DNA of 64,000 bases. It comes from Methanocaldococcus indicus. GTDB taxonomy: Archaea; AGJL01; Methanococci; Methanococcales; Methanocaldococcaceae. The stretch is from NCBI RefSeq assembly GCF_049554935.1, contig NZ_CP186926.1, positions 832,001 to 896,000 on the forward strand, in the 5' to 3' direction. The notes under the pieces were generated by a model. That model saw only the letters and a list, made by a program, of their open reading frames with translations. It was not told where the DNA came from and ran no database searches. Shown one piece after another: positions 22,789 through 34,392 of this stretch (positions are counted from its first letter, which is position 1; the number at the start of each line of letters is the position of its first letter). A program made the position numbers and the translations under genes.

Positions 22789-25700
22789 TAAATATCACCA
22801 TTATTTAATTTAACTTTTTTAGGAGTTTCTTTAAATTTCCATTCATTGGTTGGAATTATAAACCTAACTACTTCAACTTTTTCAATAGCTTTTAAATTCT
22901 CAGCAGGGTTTTTTATAGTATAGAGTGTTGGATTTTCCACAGCATTCTCCACAATGTATAGCCAATATTTATCCTTAAACCTCTTAGCCATAAACCATTC
23001 ATTTGGAGTTAAAGCAACTTCTCCAGTTGTAGCTCTTGCCTTAACTTCAATATATCTCACTTCTCCATTACCTTCTGAATAGATATCATATCCCAAATTC
23101 TTTGAAGAAACATCAATAGGATTTCTCCCATTCATTTTTTCATATGCCATAGCTACTTCCATTCCAATTCTCTCAACTTCTTCATCACTAACCATCTTTC
23201 TCTCTGATATAACTCTTATAGCTCCAACAAACTCTGGCATGCTAATAGTTAAATTTTTCTGTCTCTCAATTTCTTCTTTTAATTTTTCTAAAGCTTCTTC
23301 ATACTCTTTCTTCTTCCTTTCAGCCATTGTAATTGGTAAATCCATCTTCTTTCCTTCACTCTCCTGCTTCTCATAATATTCCAATATTTTTGAATCCAAT
23401 TCAGATATCAAATTCTCCAAGGATTTAATTCCATACTTCTTTTTAATATTTGCCTGTCTCTCCCTCTCTTTAAGAATATCATTTTTATATTTCATTAATG
23501 ATGATATTGCACATTTTCTTGCTTTCTCTTTCCTTTCCTCTATATTCTCAATCTCAATGCCTTTAATATCTGTTGGCACTAAGTCCCAGATTATTGCTGG
23601 ATTTATCTCCTCAAAATTACTTCCATCATCATATATAGCAAATAATCTTTTTCCAGCAATTTCTCCAGTTCCATCTTTAACTTCTCCTTCAAAAAACCAT
23701 ATAATTCCATCATATTTTCCAGAAACATCTTTAAATACTGCTCCTACTTTACATTTATCTAAATAATTCCTTAAAACCCATTCTAAAACTGCCTCAAATA
23801 AAGGATGCCCAAAGGAAACATATTCTACATCTGAATTTTTCATAGCAATTTCTTTATCAAAAGTAATTTTTGCATATCTCTTTGCCAACTCTCCCCAAGT
23901 GTTTTTAAACTTCTCTTCATTTGCTATCTTTCTAATCTCATAAGGAATTGAATCAACCCTATAATAATCTTTAACTTTAACAATTTTTCCTCCAGCTTTT
24001 TTAAATGCTTTGATAAAGAATGCCTCAGTATATTCTGGAGCTAATCTATACCTCTTACTTTTTTCAGAAATTTCTTTTATTCTTGTATAGTCAATTTCTC
24101 TAATTGCTAAGCTGTCTCCCAATGCCTCTTTAACTCTCCTTAAATATTCTTCATCAACATCAATCTCAATCTCCTTCAATATCTCCTCAACATCTCTTGC
24201 ATTTGCAGCTGCTTCAAGGACAAGTTGATAGAGTTTTTTTCCATAAAATATCTCTCCAATGACATCAAAGACCTTATCTCCCAAATGTTTTCTAATCTCC
24301 TCTAATTTATTAAGCAATCTTAATAAAACCTTTCCCTCTCTTGTATTGTCTGCAACCAAATTGTAAATAAAAACCTCTCTTGTCTGTCCATATCTATGAA
24401 TTCTACCCATTCTCTGCTCTAACCTGTTTGGATTCCAAGGAATGTCATAGTTTATCATAATATTACAAAACTGTAAATTAATTCCTTCCCCAGCAGCTTC
24501 AGTAGCTACCATAATTTGAGCTTCATTTCTAAACTCCTGCTCAGCCCTGATTCTATCTTCAAGTTTCATTCCTCCATGTATATATGTTACAGAATGCCCC
24601 CATGATTTTATTTTTTCCACTAAATACTCCAAAGTATCTCTTGATTCTGTAAAAATTAGAATTTTATGGTCTTTTGGGTATTTTTCCAATAATTCTTTTA
24701 ATTCTCTAAGCTTTGTCTCTTTCTCAGATGCTATAATCTCATCAGCCATTTTTATTAACTTATTTATATATTTAATTTCTTTCTTTAATTCATCAATATT
24801 CTCAGAAACAGTTAAAGTTTCCCATATCTCTTCAATTTTCCATCTTTCTGTCTCATCATAATCATCAATATCCTCAATATCTTTAAATAATAATTTATTA
24901 TCTGTCAAATCCTTAATTTTCTCTAATCTTTTCTTCCTTCTCTCCAATGAGCATCTTAATGCATAGACACTTGAAGCAAATCTCCTCTGCAAGATTAATA
25001 AAGCAAAAGCCACATTTTTTTTTTTATCATTTTTTAATGCCTTGTTATATTGCTCAATCACATACTTAGATAATGCATTATACAGCCTCATCTCTTCATC
25101 TGAGCATGAAAATTTTATAGTTTTAACATGTCTTGGCAAAAACAATGGTTTTCCATCAAAATCAACTAAATCCTCCTTTAATCTTCTTATAAATAATGGA
25201 TTATCCTTATTTTTAATAGATTCTTCAATCATATCAGCAGATGAGAAAAATCCTGGATATAATAAATCTAAAAATAATCTAAAGTTTTCAGCATCTCCTC
25301 TGTGTGGTGTTGCAGTTAAAAATAGTAAATGCTCAGAAGTTCTTGATAAAACTTCTCCTAATCTGTATCTATCTGTTTTTTTAGTTTTATCTCCATATTT
25401 GTAGGCAGACATTTTATGAGCTTCATCAACAACAACTAAATCCCAATGGACACTCCCCAAAGATGCTAATATATCCTCCTGCTTAGCAAAATCCATAGAT
25501 GTTATTACTTGGTTATATTTTTCCCAAACATTTACCCCATAGTTGTTATTTATAAGGTTTCTATCAACAACTACAAAATTCTCTGAAAACTTTTCTTTTA
25601 ACTCTCTTCTCCACTGGTCTTTTAAATGCCCTGGAACTACAATTAATATTCTTTTTGCTAATCCTCTAAGCTTTAACTCCTTAATAACCAATCCAGCCAT

Positions 25701-26111
25701 TATTGTTTTCCCAGCTCCTGGGTCATCTGCTATCAAAAACCTAATCCTTGGAAGCTTTAAGATATAGTTATAGACAACATCAATTTGATGAGGTAGTGGG
25801 TCTATTTTTGAGACTGTTGTAGCTAAGAATGGGTCAAAGAGATACGCTAACCTAAATCTATATCCTTCCAATCCAAGAAAAACCTCTTCAGCATTCTCTG
25901 AAAAATTTAGTTTCTCAATATCATGGGTTTTAATTTTATCTAAATCATCTTTTGGAATTATGTTGTCAATGTATTTTTTAGATTTTGTCATAACCCCAAC
26001 AATTCTTATAGAATCTCCAAAATCTTCTATTTCCAATATTCTTACAGGTTCTGGCCAGTGTGGGGATTTTATAACACTTCCTTGCTTTAATTCAATCATA
26101 AAAATCCACAC
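22788..26111 (-). CDS. SNF2-family helicase with C-terminal DUF3883 (NOV) nuclease domain
   Basis: ADDPGAGKT, DEAH, LTATPH, EQRMGRIHRYGQ; C-terminal GYDI.S...YIEVK. Confidence 0.93.
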   Translation of the reverse strand: MWIFMIELKQGSVIKSPHWPEPVRILEIEDFGDSIRIVGVMTKSKKYIDNIIPKDDLDKIKTHDIEKLNFSENAEEVFLGLEGYRFRLAYLFDPFLATTVSKIDPLPHQIDVVYNYILKLPRIRFLIADDPGAGKTIMAGLVIKELKLRGLAKRILIVVPGHLKDQWRRELKEKFSENFVVVDRNLINNNYGVNVWEKYNQVITSMDFAKQEDILASLGSVHWDLVVVDEAHKMSAYKYGDKTKKTDRYRLGEVLSRTSEHLLFLTATPHRGDAENFRLFLDLLYPGFFSSADMIEESIKNKDNPLFIRRLKEDLVDFDGKPLFLPRHVKTIKFSCSDEEMRLYNALSKYVIEQYNKALKNDKKKNVAFALLILQRRFASSVYALRCSLERRKKRLEKIKDLTDNKLLFKDIEDIDDYDETERWKIEEIWETLTVSENIDELKKEIKYINKLIKMADEIIASEKETKLRELKELLEKYPKDHKILIFTESRDTLEYLVEKIKSWGHSVTYIHGGMKLEDRIRAEQEFRNEAQIMVATEAAGEGINLQFCNIMINYDIPWNPNRLEQRMGRIHRYGQTREVFIYNLVADNTREGKVLLRLLNKLEEIRKHLGDKVFDVIGEIFYGKKLYQLVLEAAANARDVEEILKEIEIDVDEEYLRRVKEALGDSLAIREIDYTRIKEISEKSKRYRLAPEYTEAFFIKAFKKAGGKIVKVKDYYRVDSIPYEIRKIANEEKFKNTWGELAKRYAKITFDKEIAMKNSDVEYVSFGHPLFEAVLEWVLRNYLDKCKVGAVFKDVSGKYDGIIWFFEGEVKDGTGEIAGKRLFAIYDDGSNFEEINPAIIWDLVPTDIKGIEIENIEERKEKARKCAISSLMKYKNDILKERERQANIKKKYGIKSLENLISELDSKILEYYEKQESEGKKMDLPITMAERKKKEYEEALEKLKEEIERQKNLTISMPEFVGAIRVISERKMVSDEEVERIGMEVAMAYEKMNGRNPIDVSSKNLGYDIYSEGNGEVRYIEVKARATTGEVALTPNEWFMAKRFKDKYWLYIVENAVENPTLYTIKNPAENLKAIEKVEVVRFIIPTNEWKFKETPKKVKLNNGDI

Positions 26112-26321
26112 TCTAAATTTGTTAATTAATAATATTTAATTTAGTTTCAATATTGTTATATAGAAAAGTTCTTATTGTGTAATTTCTAATTTTTAATATC
26201 TAAAATTTAGGTTTATGATATACACTTAAAGAGCTACTCATTAATAGTTTAAATACTTTAACTTTTAAATTTAAAAAATGGATAAACTATTAAAATTACC
26301 TAATCACATAAACTATAATTT

Positions 26322-26767
26322 ATGAAGAGAATTATAATCTCAATAATATTATCTATTTGTATGTATTATTATATCAATACAGTTTTTACCTGATATACAA
26401 AGTAAGTTGATTAGTGTTGTAATTTTTTTAGTTTTAATGTGGAGTTTAGAAGCTTTACCTATAGGAGTCACATCTTTACTGCCCATTATACTGTTTCCAC
26501 TATTAGGAATCCTACCAATCAATGATGTAACTTCAAACTATTCTAAACCCTATTATATACAAATTAGGAAGTTATAATTTACTTTTAGTTGCCACTATTT
26601 GTGGTAGTTATGCATTTATGTTGCCAATAGCTACTCCTCCAAATGCTATTGCTATGTCTGGAATTTTAAAAACAAAAGATATGATTAAATATGGAATCAT
26701 TTTAAATATTTTAGCAATAATTTTAACAACAATTATAGCAACATACTACTGGAAAATATTCATTTAA
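26322..26767 (+). pseudogene. SLC13/DASS family transporter remnant with large internal deletion and frameshifts
   Basis: N-terminal motif MWSLEALPIGVTSLLPIILFPLLGI (from ~26437) lies within ~100 bp of the C-terminal motif SYAFMLPIATPPNAIA (~26605); stop TAA at 26765-26767. Confidence 0.85.
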
Positions 26768-26780
26768 AGGAGGATTTATT

Positions 26781-27524
26781 ATGAAGATAGCAATTGTAGG
26801 TAAAGGTGGATGTGGTAAATCAACAATAACAGCATTGTTAGCCAAAGAACTATCTAAAAATAAAAAAGTTTTAGTTATTGATGGAGATGAATCTAACATA
26901 ACACTTCATAACATTTTAGGAGTTGAAAAGCCAAAAAAAGAATTTTTGGAATATTTAGGTGGTAGAAAGGACTTTATGAAAAAAATTAAAGGAAAAAAAG
27001 ATATTAAAATATTTGATAAATTGAAAATAGATAATCTTCCTGAGGAATGTATAACCAAAAAAGGTAATATATACTTCTTAATGATTGGAAAAATCCATGA
27101 TTTTGGAGAAGGTTGTGCATGTCCTATTGGAGTAGTGTTAAGAGAGTTTTTAAAATCTTTAGAGTTAGATAATGATGAAATAGTTATTTTAGATACAGAG
27201 GCCGGAATAGAACATTTTGGTAGAGGTGTTGAGGGAGGATGTGATATAATAGTTGGAATTATAGACCCTACTTATGAATCTATACAACTATCTAAAAAGA
27301 TAGAAGAAATAGGTGAAAAATTAAATAAAAAAGTATTCTTTATTTTAAATAAAGTTGATGATGAAACAATAGATTTAATCTTAGAAAATATAAATAAAGA
27401 TAAGGTTATTGGAATTTTAAAGAATAACAAAGAAATTGTTAAAAAGAGCTTAAAAGGAGATAGTTTGGACTTAGAAATAGATGAAATCAAGGAGATAGCT
27501 AAAAAAATTATATCAATGAAATAG
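26781..27524 (+). CDS. cooC: CooC-like nickel-insertion ATPase
   Basis: GKGGCGKS, IDGD, GCAC, DTEAGIEHFGRG. Confidence 0.88.
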   Translation: MKIAIVGKGGCGKSTITALLAKELSKNKKVLVIDGDESNITLHNILGVEKPKKEFLEYLGGRKDFMKKIKGKKDIKIFDKLKIDNLPEECITKKGNIYFLMIGKIHDFGEGCACPIGVVLREFLKSLELDNDEIVILDTEAGIEHFGRGVEGGCDIIVGIIDPTYESIQLSKKIEEIGEKLNKKVFFILNKVDDETIDLILENINKDKVIGILKNNKEIVKKSLKGDSLDLEIDEIKEIAKKIISMK

Positions 27525-28227
27525 CTTCTTTTAAGCTAATTTTTCCTTTATATATTGCTGAACCAATAACTACTCCATAAACACCTATTCTTTTAAGATT
27601 TTTAATATCTTCTATTGATGATACACCTCCTGAATATATAATATTAAGTTTTGTATTTGTTACAACATCTTTTATAACATCTAAGTTTATACCTCTCATC
27701 AATCCCTCTGTATCTACATTTGTAAATAAAATGTATTTTAATAAATCTTCATACTCTTTTATAATCTCCAAAGGACTTTTGTCTATTTTCTCTTTCCATC
27801 CTTTTATAACAACCTTATTGTTTTTTGATTCAACAGCTAAAACAACTCTATCCTTCCCGAATTCATCTACCAACTCTTCCAAAAATTTTTTATTTAAAAT
27901 AGCTTTTGTTCCTACTATTACTCTATCAACACCTAAATCTATTAGTTTTTTAGCTTTTTCTAAATCTCTAATTCCTCCACCAACTTCAATAGGGACATTT
28001 ACATTTTTTACAATTTCCTCAATTATATCTAAGTTATCTCCTGTTCCTAATGCCCCATCTAAATCAATAACATGCAAATACTTAGCCCCTTCATTAACAA
28101 ACTTTTTAGCTACTTCAACTGGATTATCCAACTCTAAAATTTTATTATTTGGATTTCCTTGGACAAGTTGCACACATTTTTTGTCTTTTATGTCAATTGC
28201 TGGAATAATTAACAATATTATCACCAA
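27508..28227 (-). CDS. hisA: ProFAR isomerase
   Basis: IIPAIDI..CVQLVQG, LHVIDLDGA, VGGGIR, SGGV. Confidence 0.96.
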   Translation of the reverse strand: MVIILLIIPAIDIKDKKCVQLVQGNPNNKILELDNPVEVAKKFVNEGAKYLHVIDLDGALGTGDNLDIIEEIVKNVNVPIEVGGGIRDLEKAKKLIDLGVDRVIVGTKAILNKKFLEELVDEFGKDRVVLAVESKNNKVVIKGWKEKIDKSPLEIIKEYEDLLKYILFTNVDTEGLMRGINLDVIKDVVTNTKLNIIYSGGVSSIEDIKNLKRIGVYGVVIGSAIYKGKISLKEAISLI

Positions 28228-28231
28228 TTAG

Positions 28232-29209
<978 letters not shown>

Positions 29210-29210
29210 A

Positions 29211-30320
29211 ATGATATACTTTGGAGAAGGTAGTTTAGGTTTGGCAAATGTTAATATATCAATTGGAAATGATAAATATTTAGATTATATATTATCTAAT
29301 TCACTATCAGAGGGAATATTTGCCAATTTAAGACCAAATTTAATAGTTAAGCCAATAACAATAGTTAAACCAAGAGAACCATTAGACAATGAAATAAAAA
29401 AAGAGTTATTTTATGGAGTTATTCAGTATGCAGTTGCTAAGGCCGTTGCAGATTTAGATTTAAATGAAAATCTGAAAATTATTGTTTCAGTTAATATTCC
29501 AGATGTGCCTCTATCAAAACTACATAAAAGAAAAGTTTTTCAAAGTTTTTATTCATCTACAAAGTTGGCAATAAAAAGAGCATTAAATAATTATCCATCC
29601 ATAGAGAAAATTAAAAAAGAAAAGTTTAGAGCACTCCATCCATTAGTTGGATTTAGAGATTGTAAATTAGAAAATACTCCATATCTACAAATTGCCTTAG
29701 ATGTTCCTACTATGGAAGATTTAGAGTTTATTTTAAATTCTCTACCAAATAGTGACCATTTAATTTTAGAGGCTGGAACACCTCTTATAAAAAGGTTTGG
29801 TTTAGAGGTTATAGAAGAGATAAGAAATTACTTTGATGGTTTTATTGTTGCTGACTTAAAAACTCTTGACACAGGAAGAGTTGAAGTAAGATTGGCTTTT
29901 GAACATACTGCCAATGCTGTTGTAATTAGTGGATTAGCACCAAAAGAAACAATTTTAAAGGCCATAGATGAATGTGAAAAATGTGGATTGATTAGCTATT
30001 TAGATATGCTAAATGTAGATAATCCCAAAAAACTTTATAACTCATTAGAAAAAAAACCTGATGTAGTAGTTCTACATAGAGGAATTGATGAGGAAAAGAA
30101 CAAAAAAATTGATAATATAAAATTTGATTGCTTAACTGCTATAGCAGGTGGAGTTAGATTAGAAGATATTGATAAATTAATAGAGATTTATGATATTGTT
30201 GTGGTTGGTAGAGCAATAACAAAATCCAAAGACCCTGGAAGAGTTGTTAGATACATATTAAATAAAATGGGATATGATATTGACACATATAGGTTATATT
30301 TTGATGAGGATGAGATGTGA
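29211..30320 (+). CDS. fae-hps: Bifunctional Fae/3-hexulose-6-phosphate synthase
   Basis: N-terminal Fae-like domain ([10 protein letters not shown]); LQIALD, EAGTPL, ADLKTLD. Confidence 0.9.
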   Translation: MIYFGEGSLGLANVNISIGNDKYLDYILSNSLSEGIFANLRPNLIVKPITIVKPREPLDNEIKKELFYGVIQYAVAKAVADLDLNENLKIIVSVNIPDVPLSKLHKRKVFQSFYSSTKLAIKRALNNYPSIEKIKKEKFRALHPLVGFRDCKLENTPYLQIALDVPTMEDLEFILNSLPNSDHLILEAGTPLIKRFGLEVIEEIRNYFDGFIVADLKTLDTGRVEVRLAFEHTANAVVISGLAPKETILKAIDECEKCGLISYLDMLNVDNPKKLYNSLEKKPDVVVLHRGIDEEKNKKIDNIKFDCLTAIAGGVRLEDIDKLIEIYDIVVVGRAITKSKDPGRVVRYILNKMGYDIDTYRLYFDEDEM

Positions 30321-30745
30321 TTTTTATGTTTAAATATTTTGAGACAACAGCAGATTTAGGAATATATGCAGAAGGAGAAAGTTTAGAAGAAGCTTTTAAA
30401 GAAGGGGCAAGAGGATTATACAATGTTATGGTAGATATTGACAAAGTTGATAAAAAGGAAAAAATTGAGATTGAAGTAGAAGGTGAAGATTTAGAAGAAC
30501 TACTATATAACTTTTTAAATGAGCTCTTATTTTATACTGATGTATATAATATAGTTTTTTCAGATTTTGATATAAAAATAGAAAAGTTAAATGGAAAGTA
30601 TAAACTAAAATGTATTGCTTATGGTGAAGAAATAAACAAAGAAAAACACAATATAAAAGAGGAAGTTAAGGCAGTTACTTACCATTTAATGGAAGTTAAA
30701 AAAGATGGCAATAAATATATTGTAAGGTTTGTTATAGACCTCTAA
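30317..30745 (+). CDS. Archease
   Basis: TADLG, L.ELLF, VKAVTYH, IDL C-terminus. Confidence 0.93.
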   Translation: MIFMFKYFETTADLGIYAEGESLEEAFKEGARGLYNVMVDIDKVDKKEKIEIEVEGEDLEELLYNFLNELLFYTDVYNIVFSDFDIKIEKLNGKYKLKCIAYGEEINKEKHNIKEEVKAVTYHLMEVKKDGNKYIVRFVIDL

Positions 30746-30939
30746 CCTAATACCTCTATAATTTTAGCTAATATTTTTCCTTTACCTCCTCTTGGCTCTG
30801 CTAAAACTCTTCCACAAGCTAAGCATTTTACTACTGTTGCAGGATTACTAAATATTATTTGCTCATTATTACATTCTGGACATTGAACTTTTATAAATTT
30901 AGTTCTTGGTTGAGGGATGATTTTAGATAAATCATCCAT
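30742..30939 (-). CDS. rps27e: 30S ribosomal protein S27e
   Basis: [24 protein letters not shown]. Confidence 0.97.
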   Translation of the reverse strand: MDDLSKIIPQPRTKFIKVQCPECNNEQIIFSNPATVVKCLACGRVLAEPRGGKGKILAKIIEVLG

Positions 30940-30957
30940 ATTTTCTCACCTTTTAAT

Positions 30958-31242
30958 TTATTTTTCAAAGAATTCAAACCTTGCTGACCTAAAACATCCA
31001 TTAGCTTTTGTGTGCATTTTTCCACAAACTGTACATTTAAATCTTAAATCTATCTTTTTAACTGGTTTAGACCTATCTGGTTTAGGTCTTGGGAACCCCC
31101 CATATCCTGCTGTAACTCTTCTGAACTGTCTTTGACCCCAAGTTAATTCACTTGCCTTACCTTTTTTTGCCTTCTCTACAATATGAATTGTGTGCTTCTT
31201 ACAGTAAGGACAGTATCTTTTTATTTTCTTAGGCATTTTCAT
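30958..31242 (-). CDS. rpl44e: 50S ribosomal protein L44e
   Basis: [21 protein letters not shown]. Confidence 0.97.
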   Translation of the reverse strand: MKMPKKIKRYCPYCKKHTIHIVEKAKKGKASELTWGQRQFRRVTAGYGGFPRPKPDRSKPVKKIDLRFKCTVCGKMHTKANGCFRSARFEFFEK

Positions 31243-31703
31243 AATTTCCACCTAATTTCCTCAATAATATTGTGTTTTTTTAAGATATTAGCTACTTTTT
31301 TATCAAGTGTTATAATATCCTCTTTGTTTAATGAGCAAATATATCCATTAAATATAAAAGAAGGAAAATTCTTTAAAACTCTTACAACTTCAATATCATT
31401 TATAATATTTATATGTTGTGGTTCTATACAACTATCCTCTTTTTTTGTTTCCAATTTCAAATCAAAAATCATATTAAGAATTTCTTTCTCCTCTTCTGTA
31501 AGATTTTCTTCACATCCAAATAATAAGGACTTATATATTCTTACTTTCCTTAAATTTCTATAAAAATATAAAGCCCTCTTTTTTTCTAATCCTTCAATAT
31601 TTTTAATATATTCTCTAACTTCATTGTAAAAATTATTATCAAGCTCTAAAATACTGTCTGATTTTATCTCATCAATAAATAGCTGCTTCAATTTTTTTAA
31701 CAT
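31239..31703 (-). CDS. GINS subunit (Gins15/51-like)
   Basis: L...FY.EVREYI, R..K, LT.EE, C-terminal B-domain (L..EDIITL...ANIL); conserved position upstream of rpl44e. Confidence 0.75.
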   Translation of the reverse strand: MLKKLKQLFIDEIKSDSILELDNNFYNEVREYIKNIEGLEKKRALYFYRNLRKVRIYKSLLFGCEENLTEEEKEILNMIFDLKLETKKEDSCIEPQHINIINDIEVVRVLKNFPSFIFNGYICSLNKEDIITLDKKVANILKKHNIIEEIRWKL

Positions 31704-31819
31704 AACCTCTCACAAAAGTTTTTGATTTAAATAATTATTGTCCATTCTAAATATACCTATTTTTTCGTTAATTGTCTAAATTTGGATTTATTAATTTATC
31801 CTTTTAATTTTTAAAAAAA

Positions 31820-32233
31820 GTGAATCAAACAATAAAATATTATAAACATTGTGAATCAAAAAATATTTCTTATAAAATCTCTTTTAAATTTTCTCAAAAA
31901 TAAACTTTAATAAAATCATAAAAAATATATAAACTATTCTCATGAAATAAAGTTAATTTTAATTCTTCTCAATAGAATAATCTTACTGACCACACATATA
32001 AATTAACGTGAATCAAAAATTCTTATAATGTTAAAACTATGAACCTAAAGAATTAGACAATTTAACAGGACATAATATCTTTTAAAACATACAAGAAAAA
32101 GGCAAAAACTTTAAATATAATTAATATAGAGCATATACCACAAAATCTAATTTTTGAAGTCCAAGAAAAAATGAGAAAATTTCAGTAATACTAATTATAA
32201 AATTAACATTAATCAATTATAATATGAATCAAA
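31820..32233. repeat. Four (G/A)TGAATCAAA direct repeats in a 620-bp AT-rich intergenic region
   Basis: Copies at 31820, 31851, 32008 and 32224; also a 10-bp inverted pair AATTGTCTAA (31770) / TTAGACAATT (32053). Confidence 0.8.
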
Positions 32234-32323
32234 AGTTTTTTATACAATTAAAAATAAAATAATTGAGCAACCATTAGAAATTTTAATAAAAATATTCATA
32301 AAGTTGAAATAAGGTGTATCAAT

Positions 32324-32851
32324 ATGGATAATGTATATAAGGAGGTTGTATCAACAATATTCAGAAAAGCTATTTTACATCATATGTTAATAACAGGAAG
32401 TACATTTCCTACAAAATTATCCAAAGATTTAAACATATCAAAAGGATTGTCATCATCTTTTTTAAGGCTCTGTTCTGCCTTAGATATCATGTCAAGAGAA
32501 AGAATTGGACATAAGGTTGTATATTCATTAACAAAGAAAGGAATAGCAATATTAAAAAGATTAGCGCCTGAAATATTTGATTTGAGTTTTTCGAATGCTC
32601 TTCGAAATTTATCTAAAAAGAGATTTATGACTAAACACTGTCCAATAACAAAAATAGGATTTAGGTTAGATATTCAAAAGGATATGTTTGGAGGGATTAC
32701 ATTCTCGTTTTATGACTATGATAACAACCTTTTAGGGCAAGTTTTTAGGAATTATAAAGGTATTTGGTGGTGCACGATATGTAAATCTACTGACTGTAAG
32801 CACATAGATTACGTCAAAAAACTATATGATAGATTGGAAAAAACAAATTAA
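32324..32851 (+). CDS. Winged-helix protein with C-terminal SWIM-like Zn finger
   Basis: PTKLSKDLNISKGL...YSLTKKG wHTH; CTICKSTDCKH. Confidence 0.75.
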   Translation: MDNVYKEVVSTIFRKAILHHMLITGSTFPTKLSKDLNISKGLSSSFLRLCSALDIMSRERIGHKVVYSLTKKGIAILKRLAPEIFDLSFSNALRNLSKKRFMTKHCPITKIGFRLDIQKDMFGGITFSFYDYDNNLLGQVFRNYKGIWWCTICKSTDCKHIDYVKKLYDRLEKTN

Positions 32852-32852
32852 T

Positions 32853-33236
32853 GATTTTCGAGTTTTCGAGTTGCATGTATGTATATGCTACGGTTGTGCA
32901 TATAGAATTTTTTGAAAATGAAATTATCACAACACAAAATTAGAGAGTAGTATAGACTTTTTTGTGATAATAAAATGTAACATGTCTAATTATTCAAATT
33001 GTTGTTGTAAAAATTATTTTTTTGTTTTAAAAAACTTAATTTAATGTTTATTCTTAAATTAATTAAAAATTTAGTTATATAATACTAAATATAAACAACA
33101 AAATTTTTTAAAAATCATTTATTGTGTAAGAAAGTATAATATTATAACAAAAATTTTGTGATAATTTGGAACTAAAAATTTTGTATATACCTTCCCAAAA
33201 ACCTATACATACATGCAACTCGAAAACTCGAAAATC
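32853..33236. repeat. Perfect 33-bp inverted repeat flanking an AT-rich core (candidate oriC or other cis site)
   Basis: GATTTTCGAGTTTTCGAGTTGCATGTATGTATA at 32853-32885 and its exact reverse complement at 33204-33236; inner inverted pair AAATTATCACAA/TTGTGATAATTT. Confidence 0.92.
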
Positions 33237-33358
33237 TTATAAGAAAATTAGTTAAATTTTTTAACCAAATAGTATAAAATTATTTTCTTAAAAGAAATAA
33301 TATATTGTGTCATAAATACACACAACTAAGTGAGTGGTATAAAACTACACTTTATATT

Positions 33359-34390
33359 TTATTCGAAATTCCGAAACTCTATAAACCCATCTAATAGGAA
33401 TATTAAAAAATAGTTCTCTTTGTTATCTATAAATTTTGTTAATAAATTTAAAAAAGAAGATTTATTGTATTTTAGCTTAAATCTAACTTTTTTACCAAAT
33501 CTATATTTTGCTAAAATTCCTAAATCAACTAAATCATTTAAATACCTATAAATTGTTGGAAGTTTATAATTGACTCTATATATAATATCATCTATATGGA
33601 ACTTTCTAAGTTCAATAGCCATCTCAACTAACTTTCGATATTTCGAATCCACTATATAAGGCAATATTTTTAGCCAAGGAATTTTTAGCTCTCTTAGTGT
33701 TTTTATATTTCTATTACAACCTCTTAAAATAATCTCTATTATCTCTAAGTTACCATTTGTTATTTTTATTAGATGTTGAGCTACTTTATTGCTTATATAG
33801 TAACCTAATTTTTTTGCAAAATATCTTACAGCTCCTATACTGTTTATTTTTCCTTCAGGAAAAAGTTTTTTTATAAGACTGTGAGATTCTATTGGATATC
33901 TTAAAACAACTGAAATATTGTTTTTTCTTAGCTCATTTATAAATCTAACAAATCCTTTTTTATGCCTCCATTTTCTAATGTCATGAATATCTATAACCAA
34001 TATAGGATTTATAGATTTAAGAATTGACAATAGTTTTCCTCTAACTTTTTTAAAATCCCAATTTTTAACATCATTATAAAAATCTTTTATAGCTCTAAAA
34101 TATGCCTTTTTTGCTCTATAATGTTTTTTATATTTTTTCTTTTGATAAATATAATTAAAGAGATTTTCAAACCATCCAGATTTAGGATTAATCAAGTAAT
34201 ATTTATCCTTTATAATGAATAACAATCTAAGTATGGTCTTTTTCAAATTTGGGGTTGCTAATATATTGATTATTGGATATCTTTTATAGTAAAATCTACC
34301 ACTATCCTCTAATTCTAACAAGTTCCATCTATGAGTAGGATATAAATACAAGTCATTTAAAAACTCTTCAGGAATATCTTTGACTATCAT
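33359..34390 (-). CDS. Basic protein with degenerate AAA+-like core and C-terminal wHTH
   Basis: ILVIDIHD Walker-B-like strand, TNGNL sensor-like helix, YKLPTIYRYLNDLVDLGIL HTH; no intact Walker A. Confidence 0.6.
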   Translation of the reverse strand: MIVKDIPEEFLNDLYLYPTHRWNLLELEDSGRFYYKRYPIINILATPNLKKTILRLLFIIKDKYYLINPKSGWFENLFNYIYQKKKYKKHYRAKKAYFRAIKDFYNDVKNWDFKKVRGKLLSILKSINPILVIDIHDIRKWRHKKGFVRFINELRKNNISVVLRYPIESHSLIKKLFPEGKINSIGAVRYFAKKLGYYISNKVAQHLIKITNGNLEIIEIILRGCNRNIKTLRELKIPWLKILPYIVDSKYRKLVEMAIELRKFHIDDIIYRVNYKLPTIYRYLNDLVDLGILAKYRFGKKVRFKLKYNKSSFLNLLTKFIDNKENYFLIFLLDGFIEFRNFE

Positions 34391-34392
34391 AC

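Larger units (their letters stand above)
14724..26111 (-). other. Restriction-like defence operon (SNF2-DUF3883 + DUF1156 MTase + DUF499 ATPase) with three inserted genes
   Basis: Co-oriented, tightly spaced genes; the triad matches the known DUF499/DUF1156/SNF2 BREX-related, restriction-like systems. Confidence 0.85.

Noticed and set aside
27731-28231. Antisense ORFs in the track (this 166-aa one and many others such as 3069-3485, 34493-34921, 45457-46017)
   Set aside because: Shadows of well-supported genes on the opposite strand with F/S/I/L-rich composition
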